Of a stretch of 64,000 bases of DNA, positions 1 through 12,898 are shown one piece after another (position 1 is the first letter of the stretch; each line of letters starts with the position of its first letter). The stretch lies in NCBI GenBank assembly GCA_022605425.2, contig CM061247.1:186001-250000 (forward strand), given 5' to 3'. The stretch is from Hamiltosporidium tvaerminnensis FI-OER-3-3. Lineage: Eukaryota; Fungi; Microsporidia. A model generated the notes under the pieces. The model ran no database searches. It was not told where the DNA came from and was given only the letters and a program-made list of their open reading frames with translations. The position numbers and the translations under genes were made by a program.

Positions 1-119
1 TCTTCCAGATATCAAAAAAAAATGATTATAAAGCTACGCAATGGTGTAATTTCTGCCACATTTAGCCAGTAATCTATTTTCGAAATAAAAGGTTATTTGC
101 AAATACTGCGATTCGTCTA

Positions 120-356
120 CATCATAATCCTCGACACTACAGTCTCACATGAGTCTTAGCCGTCTTCAGTAATACAATCCATTATCTTTTTGCAGTGGGT
201 TTGTTTACTTTTTCGGGTTTCGTACCAAGGTAGTTTCAAAAGGTAGGTTGTTAGCCCTACTCCTAACTCCAATCTGGAAGACAATTTTCTTTAAGTCGCC
301 TCTTACCACGGGCAGAGAATACACCAAACCAATTCTGATCCCGGCATCTTGGGAGA
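120..356 (-). mobile_element. Short non-autonomous RTE-clade derivative (5' head + 3' tail, no ORF)
   Basis: Minus strand has CTGCCCGTGGTAAGAGGCGACTTAAAG and TCTTCCAGATTGGAGTTAGGAGTAGGGCTAACAACC, resembling invertebrate RTE 5' motifs. It ends GGCTAAGACTCATGTGAGACTGTAGTGTCGAGGATTATGATG, an RTE-like 3' end. Flanked by direct repeats aaatactgcga-nnn-gtcta at 101-119 and 357-375. Confidence 0.65.
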
Positions 357-1499
357 AAATACTGCGAGCAGTCTAGTAAAACAGTAGAACATTCAGAACC
401 GCGATATTAAAAAATACTTAGTTTCTATTTAACTATAAAATGAAATGAAGCATTAAAACTTGCATTTACTTCTACTAAATAATATATTTTTTTTGTGAAG
501 CATAATATGAGATTATAAGTTCAAGAGGTTTTTTGAAATGACTATGCCTATATATGAATGACTTTGAGAATGAAAATCGATTTCAAAATTCGAAATAATA
601 GATCAGGTATATATATTAAATGAATAACACCTGATGAAACATAATTATGATATAATTTGCCAAAAATTGTTTCTGATTTTGATAACTACTAAGCTTTTAA
701 AGCAAGACATAATGTAAAGTAACTAAGGTTTTATTTATGACTGAAACAGTAAAATGCATTCTTATCTGATCAGCTAATATTGAGTTGTATCCAAACACTC
801 AATATGTACGCCGAAATCTTCATGAGTAAACATAACCTCGGTTTAGATCCAATTGATAATACACAACAGATATGTCAAAGACATTTCTTTTAATCAACTA
901 ATAATTCAGAGCCAAAGCCAATTATCTATCAGACTTGGTAAAGAACATCCAACGATGAAACTAAAGAGTGAAATACACATAAAAACCATAATTCTATTGA
1001 ATTATTATCGTAAATAAAAATAAGGATGTTTAACAACTAAATATGAAATCTTTAAACCAAAACCTTAACAAAAAGACTAAATTATTTTTTACACTATAAT
1101 ATGGAAGAAGGGTTAAATATAAAATTGAAGAGTGCCACAAATTTAACAAGAAAAAGGGGAATAATCAATCAAAAACAGTTAGAAAATAATCTAATGTAGA
1201 TAGATTTGGATTTATTTTCAATTTTATGTTAGAAAATACTGACAGAAACTATTAGTTGTCGTTTTTTTTACGTGGAACCGGGTTTAAACCTTTCATAAAT
1301 CATTAGGATTGTATATTATATTTTATTTGCTTTCAATTTAAAAATTATTTCGGCGCAAAAAAATAAATAAATTAAAGAATATTCTATTTGGTTCTTTGTG
1401 TTTTGATAAATTAAAAAGTTGATCAAATCATTTCTTACTGTATAATAGTTCAAAACTTATACGTATGTTGTTTAGTACTTTTTATTTGGTAAAAGTATT

Positions 1500-3913
1500 C
1501 CAAATTTGTTGTTTTATTATACATATTGATGCTGGTTGTAAGTATTATTTCATTTCTCGTTCAAAAATATAGCAAAGATCGCATGTATGTAATTTCATAG
1601 AATATTATCTCTCTAAAACTTCATATATTGATCTTTGATGGTTTTATGATGTCGAAAGATAAATTCTGGATATTTTGGCAATTTATAGAATTATAAATTA
1701 TATTTTCAGCAATGACTAGTTTTTAAGAAATATTGTTTTAATAGGATAATCCCTGTATGGTAATAACATAAATACAGGATATTAAAAATTGGTCGATGCT
1801 TTCATTAAATTTGAAAGCTGAAGCGGTTACCAAGAAATCATTTCCATATTCTAATACTGCAAAAAATAAAACTACTAAATACTTTTAAATGATATAGGTA
1901 CAACTAAATAGTTAAAAAAATACATGCAGTTAATTATAAACTCTTTTATTTCTCAGATTATACATTTCTCGGCAGATTATTCAGCCATATACATTCATAT
2001 TGTTTTTATTTGGTTTAATATCGTTAATTCACTATTCCTCGCGACCTAGGATAGAGCCGAATTGTAATAAAACACAGTTTTTTTTCATATGATTTAAATC
2101 TTATATAATATACTTCTTAAGAAATTATGTGTAACCTTATATATTTTGAAATCTTTTTACAATATTTTGAATATTGCACCTAAACTTGCATTTACTTATA
2201 ACAATCTAAATGTTTGGACTCATTTAAAATATATGATAATGCAACCTACTTAAGAAGATACAATGTAATTTCTAGCGTAAATTTCAATATATTATATCAT
2301 GCTCAAATATATTTTAGTTAGGTAAATATACTTTTTAACTTTTTTTGAGTATAAAACAAAGAAATAAACCCAAAAGTAAAAGACTTTTACATCGTATAAT
2401 AGAACAATAATAAACTAAATTCTTTATATAAGTTGTTACAGTGATATTCCTTCTGGTCTTAAGCAAATTTTCATCATTAATATAAATTTTTTAGATAATA
2501 TCACTTTCTGAGAGTATATTTGAATATATAAAATATGGTTTTATCGTTTAGGAATTATAATTTATCGAAAAAATGGTTTGATGTTTTCCTTTATTCCTTA
2601 TACCTTTTAATTTACTGATTTTCTACCAGTTCTTAGAATCAATAAGTCTCGATAGTCTACAAAAAATATTCTACCGGGATTATTTGTTATATTTGACTTT
2701 TAGTTAACATATCTGCACATTTTTTTTCAAAATGTTGATTAGGCAAATTGTTTTTAAGAACATTTAAAATTTTAGAATATACTAAATTTAAGTTGAATTC
2801 AACAATTATTAATTATAGATGGAGTAAGAATATTTTATTAATATTTTTGGCTTTGTAATTCTGTACATTTTGAAATCTTTAAAATTTTATTTCGTTAAGT
2901 TGTATCTTAAGTCTGTATTAGGAAAAATTTATTAATATATTTACAGTTTATCATAAAAAAAAATGTTCCTACATTAGCAATCCATTTATTCACATTTTTT
3001 ATTAATTTGCCGGGATTTTTCTATTTTTGAGAATTTTTTTGTCAATTAAAATTTCTGCTGCTTTATGAAGGCAATTAGAACATTTTTTTTTTAAAAATTA
3101 TAAAGAAAATCATACCATGACAATTTAAGTAAAAGTCATAAACAATCATGAATTTTTTAAAGAAATTTGCTTCTCTATTCAAAAATTCGTTTTAAGTTAT
3201 TTAAAATTTAGATTAATCAGGCTATTTCTTTTAAAATCATAATATCATATAATTGTTAAGCACTTTGGCAGGTTAATATAATGGATACTTAAACCTGCAT
3301 GTTTTTCAATAATATCTGTATTTTTGTAATAAAATTTATAACAATGTAAAATCGAGTTACAAATAGGAATTTGGCTTTAAACGAAGTAATATTGCTAGAC
3401 TATAAATTATTGCTTAAATTAAATAATTTTTAAAACTTTTAAATCTGAATCTTTAATTTTAAAAGAATATTTCTTAACACTGAAAATTTCAAGATTGAAC
3501 TGACTCGAATTGATTTTATGAAAGAAAATCATTTAGACCAAATTAAAAGTTATTTAAAAATAAAATATCAAGCCAACCTTAATATTTTTCCTTTTTATGA
3601 TAATTTAATTCCTACAGTTCTTGTTTTAAAATGAATTTTATAATAGTTCTAAATATTTTTATTGGTTTTATTCTAACAACTTTGTTTCTAATGAATCAAA
3701 ATTTTCAGTAGAAATAGTAATAAATTATGTTCGTACAATAACACTTATTTACAGACTGTTTTGTTGTAACCTTTATTTCTGTGGGTATCGTGTTTATTGT
3801 CTGTATAATCAATGATAAAAACATTATTATCTAATTATTTGGGTCTAAAACATCTGTAGATCAATATATCATAGAATATTGTAAATGTATTCGCTGTATA
3901 ATTTAAATGTCAT
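1500..3913 (-). pseudogene. Probable decayed member of the secreted LRR family
   Basis: Stop-interrupted coding-like frames. AIIYSLAILLRLKPNSYL*LDFTLL near 3340-3415 resembles LYNLLLVLDELKAKQNKNLKHFTL of the intact LRR gene at 47598-49916. Boundaries approximate. Confidence 0.35.
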
Positions 3914-5399
3914 TCCGAAATACTATTGTTTTTGTATTTTTAAATTAATGAATTATATAATACTATTTAGAAAGAAAAAATAAAACAATATATTTCTCCG
4001 AAATTATTTCATTTGCAATAGAGCAAGCATTTCAATAGTATTTTTTATATATTTCCTAGAAAATACTTTAATTTCTACATAAAAAAATTTTAATAATAAA
4101 TAACATTCGAATATCTTACAATTAAATAAAAAAAATAAAATTTTGATTTCAAGCAAAAATTTTCTTAGCTTCAAATATTTAAAAGATAAAACAATTTATA
4201 ACTGATATTATATTTTATTTCTATAAATAGATAATTTTATTGTGTAATAATTTTTTAATTAAATAATATTATTAATTTGCATGCCCTTTTTATTAAGGTG
4301 GGTTTTTACTTTCATTCTAAATAAAATTAAGTTATATTTAATTGCTGAAATTCTATATTTTCGCCTTATGTAATAGTTTTTTTCATTCGTTTCGATTTAT
4401 TTTTTTCAAAGATGAAGAAAGTGTATTTCTTTGTTTACATTTGAATTATAATAATTAAAAACGGTTTTTCTAAGATTTATGGAATTTTAGGATATAAAAT
4501 TTTGATTATCATATAAACAAACAATTTTATATAATTTTACATGTAACAGACTTGGGTAGGATATTTAATAATTTGATTAAAATTAAAAAGTAAATATATT
4601 CCAGACGAAAGAGTTTTATACAAACATTCTTAAGAATAATATGGTTTTCAACAAAAATATATAGAAAAAAATGCTCAGAATTATCTGATTGAATTTAAAA
4701 GTTAAACCAAGATAGTATAAATTTCTGTAATAAACAATCTCTAAATAAATATTTGTAAAATAATCTAATTATTCAAAAAAAAGCATCTCATTGCTATAGA
4801 ATCAATCATAAAATTTTATTTTCGTATTAAAAATTATTTAGTTAACAAATTTAGTGAATGTAAGCTGATAAATACATGTTTCGGATTTTTCATAAAGAAT
4901 TATAACATTTAATATGTTATAAAAGCATAAAAGTACATCGATCAACAAAAAAATTCAGAAATAGTATTTAACAATTTAAGGATAATGTATTACATTTTAT
5001 TCGATAAAGTTTGTTGTACATAGAATGTTATATTCTAGATATATTTTAAATAATAATAAATGAACTGGTTTAACAAATTGCATTAAATGTTATTCCCTAG
5101 GCATTTACATGATATAATTATATCTTTTAGAGCTAGTAACTAATTATAATATGTTAAAAAAGTTAAATATAAATTATTTACAATTTATATTCAATAAAAA
5201 TTATTTACATAACGATTTTAAGGTTAGGTGAATTTAAAGAATATCTGAAAAATCTATTTTCAAAGAATTTTAAGTAAATTCAAAAACCCGGCAAAATTGC
5301 CTTCCACGAAATAACCAAACCAAAGTTATTGTTATCATTCAAAATGTAAGAGAAGAATGATTGAAAACATAATTTATCATTAAAGAATAATTTGTTACA

Positions 5400-7950
5400 A
5401 ATAAATCTATAATATTTAGTGTAAATTTAATTTTTATGAACAAAAAGAACTATTATGATTTTTACAATTAGTAAAACCATAGGATTTTTGATTATTATAG
5501 CACAGAAGGTATTTAAAAGTCTAAGGGGTCACAGATTAAATTTTGTAAAAACTAGGCTTGAATTTTCATGCCTTTAGTTATTTCACTGGATTTATATACT
5601 GTAATAGAATTAAAGTATTTTTCAGCAAAAAAATTTAATTTCTTTTGGAAAAATAGACAGTTAAAATATTAAAGTAAAATAGGCACTTTAAACTCTATAA
5701 AAAACAAACCATATGTTCTTATAGTCTTGCAGGTAAATTTCGAAAAAACATTGTTTTCAACTTTCTACTTCCATACAGACTTTTATAACATTATTTTTTC
5801 GTTTATTTATATCTTTTAGGTTTAAGTCAACATCATTTTGTAAATTCAAATAATTTTTTTTTTTTTTCATTTGAAAAAAGTATAGAAAATATATTATTGA
5901 AATTCTAACATTTCTTCAACTATAAGATAGATCACGAACAATATAATATTTCTTTGATGAAGTTCGCATAGTGTTAAAATCAAAATACACTTCTATCTGA
6001 GTTAAATTTCATTTCACCATAAAATATCATGAAAAATCATTTTTTGGCATTCAAACTTAATTAATTTCAAATTATTTCGCAATAATTTTTTTCTTACGAA
6101 AGATTTGAACAATTTTAAATCAAAATATTTCTTTTTGTTTTGGGTAAAAAACTTATGCCGAAACATTCGAACTGTTCAATGAATCCATCATAAAATATAT
6201 TTTTAAAGAATTAAAACCATAATTTTCTTTAAAATTGAACAAATGATTATGCTAGTGATATATTTTTTTAGCAATGAAATAAATTCTATGAGTCTTTATC
6301 ATATGAAGAATATAAGGTAATGATAGTTTAGCTTAAGGCGTTTATAAATATCCATTGAAGTAAAACTATTCCTTATCATTTTCTTTTATAGAAAATAGAG
6401 ATATATCAATATTGATAAATTGAAATCTTAATAATATTTCCTAAGAGATCCATAAATAGTAATTAAGAGAAAAAAATTCCAAAATAATCTAATTTACCTT
6501 AAAAAGAAGGTTTTTGAGCCAAACCCATATACTTTAATATGATATGTATATTTTTCATGGTCAAAATTATTTATTTAGTTAACACATCTTCAATTTATAA
6601 ATTAAGAGTTTCTATTTTATTTATGATTTATCAAAAAGAATGTACTGTAAACTCTAGAACCGAAATATTTGATTTAATTTACAATTTCTAAAAAGGCCTT
6701 TAAAATATATTACAGTAATTACAAAATAGCTGGATATGCTTTCTATAATTCTTATTCGTGTTAAATAATAGCATTTAATAATGTTCTAAACTATCTTTTT
6801 ACATTCCAATTTGCTAGTTCACATTTCGAATATTTCGTAAAAAAATATATTTTATAATTAACTTAAGCAATTATTATATTGTTATTTGATTAAAAAAAGT
6901 AATCAATGATACATAAATTTATGCACATTAGTTTTTACTGTTCTAATATTATTACCAATAGTTCCTTAATTAAACTACACCGTGATTATTTTGAATTATA
7001 CCAAATATTTTAATATCAATTCTATTTTTTTTTAATTTCGATTTGTTTAGAATGGTTTTTTCTTTCCAAGGGTAGCAAAAAAAATAATTTATACAAATAA
7101 AAAAGCGTTACCCTTTTAGTTTCAATAAGATTTCTAAAGAAAAATAACAAAAATGTAAAAATATCAAATATGAAAAACTACCAGGAATTCTATTTGAATA
7201 TTAAAATTATTCTGTATTTTACTCAATTTGAAAACCTAGTTATAAATTTTTTTTTGCTGCAAAGCATTTTTCTCAACTGTATATATAATATCAAATTAGA
7301 TAATTCATTTAAAATAAAGAAATTTTTTATATGGAATCGAAATAAAATATTTAAAATTGATTTCAAATATAAAAGTTTTCTTTAAAGCTTATATATCCGC
7401 TAATACTGAGCATTATTTTGAAAATGCAATTAGTAGCTTCTTAAACTGAATATTTGAATTTTATTTTAAAGAAATTCTTTATTATGATTTGTTAATTGTT
7501 TGGTCTTATGTTAATGTTAAGGCAATTTATTTTTATTTAAATATTTAGTTATTCATTTTCTTAAGAAAATATTTTATTAAATAAATTGCAAATACATTTC
7601 TTTGCAAAATTTCAACAGAAATTTAAAGATTTTTATTTCTTTGATAGTTATAATATGGAAAATTAATAATAGATTAAAAATATCTATAACTATAAGGTTT
7701 CACCGGTAATCTTATATTTGGTCTGTGATTCATCAAATATTTAAACTGTTAATTTCTTCAAATATTCTATATATTTCTTGTTTGATAACCAATATTATTT
7801 GTAATATTTTAAGCCATGACTCAAAGAAATGGATTATTCAAATAAATTGACTTCTTTTTTAGATTTTGAATTATTTGAATCTAAAGTTATCTGTAGTATA
7901 GCATTTATCAAAGTTTCTTCGCAAGAATTAAATTTTAATATTTCATTTAT
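5400..7950 (-). pseudogene. Possible decayed LRR-family gene
   Basis: Broken Leu/Ile/Phe/Asn-rich minus-strand frames over a length similar to the intact LRR gene; no long ORF. Boundaries approximate. Confidence 0.25.
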
Positions 7951-7980
7951 GCAAAAAATTCAAATCAAAAATTAAATTTT

Positions 7981-8300
7981 AGGCGGAGTAAGGATAACCA
8001 CATTAAAAAATATCTGTCTGGCAATGAGTCTTTTGAATTCCTGTGAAAATCATTGTTTATATTTTGATGAGATATAAAACACACTGGTTCTTTTGACCTA
8101 TCTCATATAATCCCGAGTTAAACGGATTAAAAGAAACACATAGAAAAATCCTATTTTTTCTTCGTCGACACCGAGATGAAAAAAAGGAAGTAATATTACA
8201 TATTCCAGAAGGGTTATTGATTTTTTTAAATATTTGTTATTTAAAAAAATACAGCAGCCTTACAATATGTTTCACCACAATAACTTTTAAACTTACATAG
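7981..8300 (+). mobile_element. ~720-bp SINE-like family, internally deleted/partial copy
   Basis: 7982 ggcggagtaaggataaccacattaaaaaatatctgtctggcaatgag matches the start of the reverse complement of 28055-28782 (ggtggagggaggataaccacataaaaaactttctgcttggcaatgag) for about 120 bp. Confidence 0.7.
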
Positions 8301-8317
8301 TATGATTACTTTAGTAA

Positions 8318-8848
8318 TTAAATTCAATTCAGAAACCTTAAAATATATTTTTGAAAAATATTTTATTATCTAAAACGGTATAAGTATAAAATCCAAGTAT
8401 TTAAATTCAATTCAGAAACCTTAAAATATATTTTTGAAAAATATTTTATTATCTAAAACGGTATAAGTATAAAATCCAAGTATTTAAATTCAATTCAGAA
8501 ACCTTAAAATATATTTTTGAAAAATATTTTATTATCTAAAACGGTATAAGTATAAAATCCAAGTATTTAAATTCAATTCAGAAACCTTAAAATATATTTT
8601 TGAAAAATATTTTATTATCTAAAACGGTATAAGTATAAAATCCAAGTATTTAAATTCAATTCAGAAACCTTAAAATATATTTTTGAAAAATATTTTATTA
8701 TCTAAAACGGTATAAGTATAAAATCCAAGTATTTAAATTCAATTCAGAAACCTTAAAATATATTTTTGAAAAATATTTTATTATCTAAAACGGTATAAGT
8801 ATAAAATCCAAGTATTTAAATTCAATTCAGAAACCTTAAAATATATTT
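8318..8848. repeat. 83-bp perfect tandem repeat, ~6.4 copies
   Basis: aattcaattcagaaacc recurs at 8321, 8404, 8487 ... 8819; units appear identical, with no spacers. Confidence 0.95.
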
Positions 8849-9510
8849 ATTACAAATTTATTAGCAAATATATTTTATTGAAAATATTTATGTGAAAATT
8901 AAGATTCAAATACATCACAAAAGTATATATTACAACAAACTTATACAATTTATTTCTTAAATATTTCTCAGTAGATTATTATTGTTCTATTTACAAGCAA
9001 TATCATTAAATTGTTTATTCAGATCAAATAAAATGACATCTAATGATTACTGTCAAAAGGAAATCAAAAATTAAAAAAAAAGGTCCAAAAAAAAATAAAT
9101 TCAAATAGCAATTTAATTTATCTCATAAAATTTAATTAATCAACAATTTAGATAAAAAAATGAAACAGAAAGTACTCAAACACTAATTAAAAATTATTTA
9201 ATTAAAAACACAATTTAAAATTATTTAGACAAATTTAGTAGCTGAAATAGCAATTAAATAAAAATTTAAAGAAACATTTATATAAACACATTTATCATGA
9301 TAATAACTGTTTAAAAATGTAAAAAAATCTAAATTGTATAAATAATTTACATAGAAGAAAAAAATAAATTAAAAAATGCAAACATCATCCAAAATATTTG
9401 ACAGTTACAATATTTGATTAAAATTCAAATTTAAAAATTCAATTATTCACGATTAAAATAAGAATTTACAGTTAAATATTTGATTAAAATACAAATTATA
9501 AAATATTTAA

Positions 9511-10098
9511 TTATTCACGATTAAAATAAGAATTTTTGTTTTCAACTGTAAATAAATAACAATTACAGTCTGTCTCCTTATGTTCACATTCCTTTTCATA
9601 GTTTAACTTCTTTTTATTATAAAACAAACGCTGATCGTTAGTACAATCATGAAATTTATAATGTCTTTTATATCTAAAAAAAGGTGTCACATTAAAATCA
9701 CTGTTTGGCATCATTTCATTTTTATAAAATATATTATTTTCATATCTACATTGATATAAATCATCCATAAATGGCCTGTTATTCAGAATATTTTCTCTTA
9801 ACGTGTAAAGAGAATTGTTTGATGGTACTATGTTTGCATTGTAACCTCTACCATCGTTTATATATGCCATTGCTGCTGTATCATTTCTCATATCTTTTTT
9901 TAATTTGGCTCTTTTGTTTTGAAACCATATTTGTACAGATCTCAAACAAATATTTAATTTCTCTGAAATTTCCATTTTTTCTTTTGTGGTTGGTCTGGGA
10001 CGTTTTTCAAAATAACGATGCAGGTACTCAGACTTTTCTGGTGTGAGACGAAGCCGAGTGGTTTTTTGAAAATTCTCGTACTCTACATTTCTAGACAT
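9511..10098 (-). CDS. Homeodomain transcription factor
   Basis: KTTRLRLT...YFEKRPRPT...ISEKLNICLRSVQIWFQNKRAKLKK with the helix-3 WFQNxR signature; CC motif just before the ATG. Confidence 0.92.
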   Translation of the reverse strand: MSRNVEYENFQKTTRLRLTPEKSEYLHRYFEKRPRPTTKEKMEISEKLNICLRSVQIWFQNKRAKLKKDMRNDTAAMAYINDGRGYNANIVPSNNSLYTLRENILNNRPFMDDLYQCRYENNIFYKNEMMPNSDFNVTPFFRYKRHYKFHDCTNDQRLFYNKKKLNYEKECEHKETDCNCYLFTVENKNSYFNRE

Positions 10099-10574
10099 AA
10101 GGATCTAATAATTAACATATTTATAGAGTTTATTTAATGTATACCATATATAGATATATTATATTTAATAGAGTTTATGGTTTAAGAAGCTTCATATGTG
10201 TCAAAAGTATCAAAATACTTAAAAAACTAAACAAAATTTTTCTATACACACAGTTTAAATGATAGAATTATATGTACAAAATGAAAACATAAATATAAAA
10301 TAATTTTTCTTTAAAAATATTCTGCAAATAAAATAATTTTTCTATAAGCAACATGTACAAATAAATTTAAAACCTTTTTTTTTAATTCTCAAATCCCCTA
10401 AAAAAAGATGACATATGAGTTCGATTTTTTTATAAAAAAAACAATTAATGGGCTGTCCTTAAAAAGAAATCATATTTTTGACATTAATGAAAAACCAATT
10501 AATTAGTTATTAAATTGATTAATTGTTATAAAAGAAGAACATATATTTATAAGTATACGTAATACAATTTAAAA

Positions 10575-11040
10575 TTTATTTAATAAAATTCTTTGTTATA
10601 AATTTTATCTTTTTATATTCCTTTTTCTACGATTTAATACAAATGTATATAATAAAGAAATATTTTAAATGCATTTTTTATATCTTTTTTTCCCTTAAAA
10701 TTTTAAACCTTAATAAACTTTAAAAGAAAAATAAATAATTATTTTAATATTTTTAAGAATCTAAGGTTTAGTCAAAAGTTTATTTAATAAAATTCTTTTT
10801 TAGACTATTTTCATATTTTTAATATTTTCTTCTATCTCTTTAACCAGTATTATCTCTCTTCTCCATAAAAATAAAAATATTTTTATTTAATAAAATTCTA
10901 AGTTAAAACTATTTTTATATATTTTCTTCTATCTCTTTAACCAATACATTGATTTAATAAAATTCTAAGTTAAAACTATTTTTAATGTTTTCTTTTATAT
11001 TTTCTTCTATCTCTTTAACCACTACTATCTCTTCTTCAAA
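10575..11040 (-). mobile_element. Cluster of four very short 3' tails of the R4-like LINE
   Basis: (ttt)atttaataaaattc at about 10575, 10779, 10881 and 10952. The last three are followed by ttttcttctatctctttaacca, matching the LINE 3' end at 12476-12545. Confidence 0.75.
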
Positions 11041-11491
11041 TTTAGTCAAAATAAAAATAATTATTAATAAAAAATCTATTAAATACCGTTTTTAATCAAA
11101 TTTAGATATTTAACTGAATAGTTTTAAATTGAAAAAAAATATAATTTTTTTTTTTTAATTTTTTCTTAGTTAAACCCACCAGATCAGAATTTAATAAATC
11201 ATTAATGATAAATATTTATTTTTACAATAGAATATTTTTATTAATTGTTGTGGTGTTTAAATTGACAATAAAAATTATTAAATCAAAAATTAAATTAAAA
11301 ATGTAGAGTTTGAGGTGTTTAGATAGACACAAAAATAATCATTTATAAACTTTTTTTAAATTTTAAATTTATTTTAAATCACCTGATTAAAACCTTTAAA
11401 TGTTTCAATTTAAAATTGGTTGGTGGTTATCTCTTTAAGTTTTTATTAAATCATAGAAGTAATTTTTTTAAGATTTATGTTCTAATTATTT

Positions 11492-11656
11492 AAATAGTCT
11501 TATAATTTATTAAAAATGATATGCTTATATGTAATACAAATGGTCAAGAAGTAATTTATAATCTAATTCTTAAAATAGTCTTATAATTTATTAAAAATGA
11601 TATGCTTATATGTAATATAGATGGACAAGAAGTAATTTATAATCTAATTCTTAAAA
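11492..11656. repeat. 81-bp tandem duplication
   Basis: aaatagtcttataatttattaaaaatgatatgcttatatgtaat at 11492 and 11573. Confidence 0.85.
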
Positions 11657-11931
11657 ATATTTTTTATTATTCAATGCAGCTTGAATTTTTTATATTTTTT
11701 TTTTAATAAATTTAATTTCACTTTAATTCCTAGTTTTAGATCAATGAATAGTCGAAACAATAAATGTCAGAAATGATCATTTTTTTCTTTTATGGATAAT
11801 TTTAATAGAAATTAATCATGTCAAACTAATATAGTTAAATAAATAAAATATTAAAATATTTTGATTAAACATACAGATTTTATAGTCATATTTCGGTTCT
11901 TTAAAAAATATATCTGTAATTTAAAAAGCTA

Positions 11932-12120
11932 TATTTAATCTTTTATTTCTTAGATTTAATTTTACTATTTATTTAATTCTGTAAGTAAATAATATATTCT
12001 TCGTTACTTTTGTATTTAATCTTTTATTTCTTAGATTTAATTTTACTATTTATTTAATTCTGTAAGTAAATAATAGATTCTTCGTTATTATTATATTTAA
12101 ATATTCTTTTATTTCTTAAA
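11932..12120. repeat. ~80-bp tandem duplication (2+ copies)
   Basis: tatttaatcttttatttcttagatttaattttactatttatttaattctgtaagtaaataat repeated. Confidence 0.8.
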
Positions 12121-12199
12121 TTTACTGTTCTATTTTTCCACAAAAATTGTTTTATTAAAAGAACAATAAAAGAATATTTAAATAATTTACCTTTTTTTA

Positions 12200-12443
12200 A
12201 TATTAAGTTGGTATGAACCTTATTTAATTGTAGATTATATGAGATTTCATACTTATTTTTATTTTTAAGGTTTTTAATACTAAGTTGGTATGAACCTTAT
12301 TTAACTGTAGTTAAATGTAGATTTTAGATTTATTTTTTCTTGTTTTAATACTAAGTTGGTATGAACCTTATTTAACTGTAGATAGTATGAGATTTTAGAT
12401 TTATTTTTTCTTGTTTTAATACTAAGTTGGTATGAACCTTATT
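12200..12443. repeat. ~71-77-bp tandem repeat, about 3.3 units
   Basis: taagttggtatgaaccttattt occurs four times, near 12204, 12281, 12352 and 12423. Confidence 0.85.
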
Positions 12444-12475
12444 TTATATTCAATATTATATGTAAATCAATGTAC

Positions 12476-12898
12476 TTTATTTAATAAAATTCTGGGTTAA
12501 ACTATTTTTACCATTTTTATATGTTTTCTTCTACCTCTTTAACCACTTTTGTCTCATCTTCCAAATTCGACTCTTCATTTATGTTATTGATCGGTTCCTC
12601 TAAAGTGGTTCCTCCTTGTGAAATAAGGGGTGCTTTATATTGCGGTTTAAAATTTTAACACCATCTTCTTCTCTCTTCGCTTCTTTTAAAGAAGGTATTG
12701 GTTCCTCATGCATCTTTGCTCTGATAATAACGCCCATTGACGCTCTCTCCCAGCTCTCGTCGGCATTTAGTCCTGACTCAAGTCCTCTTCGTCGATCAAA
12801 GGAAATTGTTTCGACTGTTTTCTTAAGTACTATAGACTGAATGTATGCCTCTACATTCATGGGTATTTTTAGTTTTTTAAGATGAGATTTATGGTATT
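12476..12898 (-). mobile_element. 5'-truncated R4-like non-LTR retrotransposon, subfamily B
   Basis: ORF 12600-12860 MNVEAYIQSIVLKKTVETISFDRRRGLESG is identical to the LINE at 45225-45731 but has a different C-terminal tail; ends cccagaattttattaaataaa on the minus strand. Confidence 0.9.

Noticed and set aside
7170-7385. Short AT-rich ORFs (also 22818-23003, 32893-33075, 41687-41893, 55027-55275, 62296-62481)
   Set aside because: F/I/L/K/N-biased translations, often with TTG starts and no start motif; consistent with random ORFs in very AT-rich DNA.
8318-8848. CRISPR-like array (also 24968-25670)
   Set aside because: Units are contiguous and near-identical with no unique spacers, there are no cas genes, and the context is eukaryotic.
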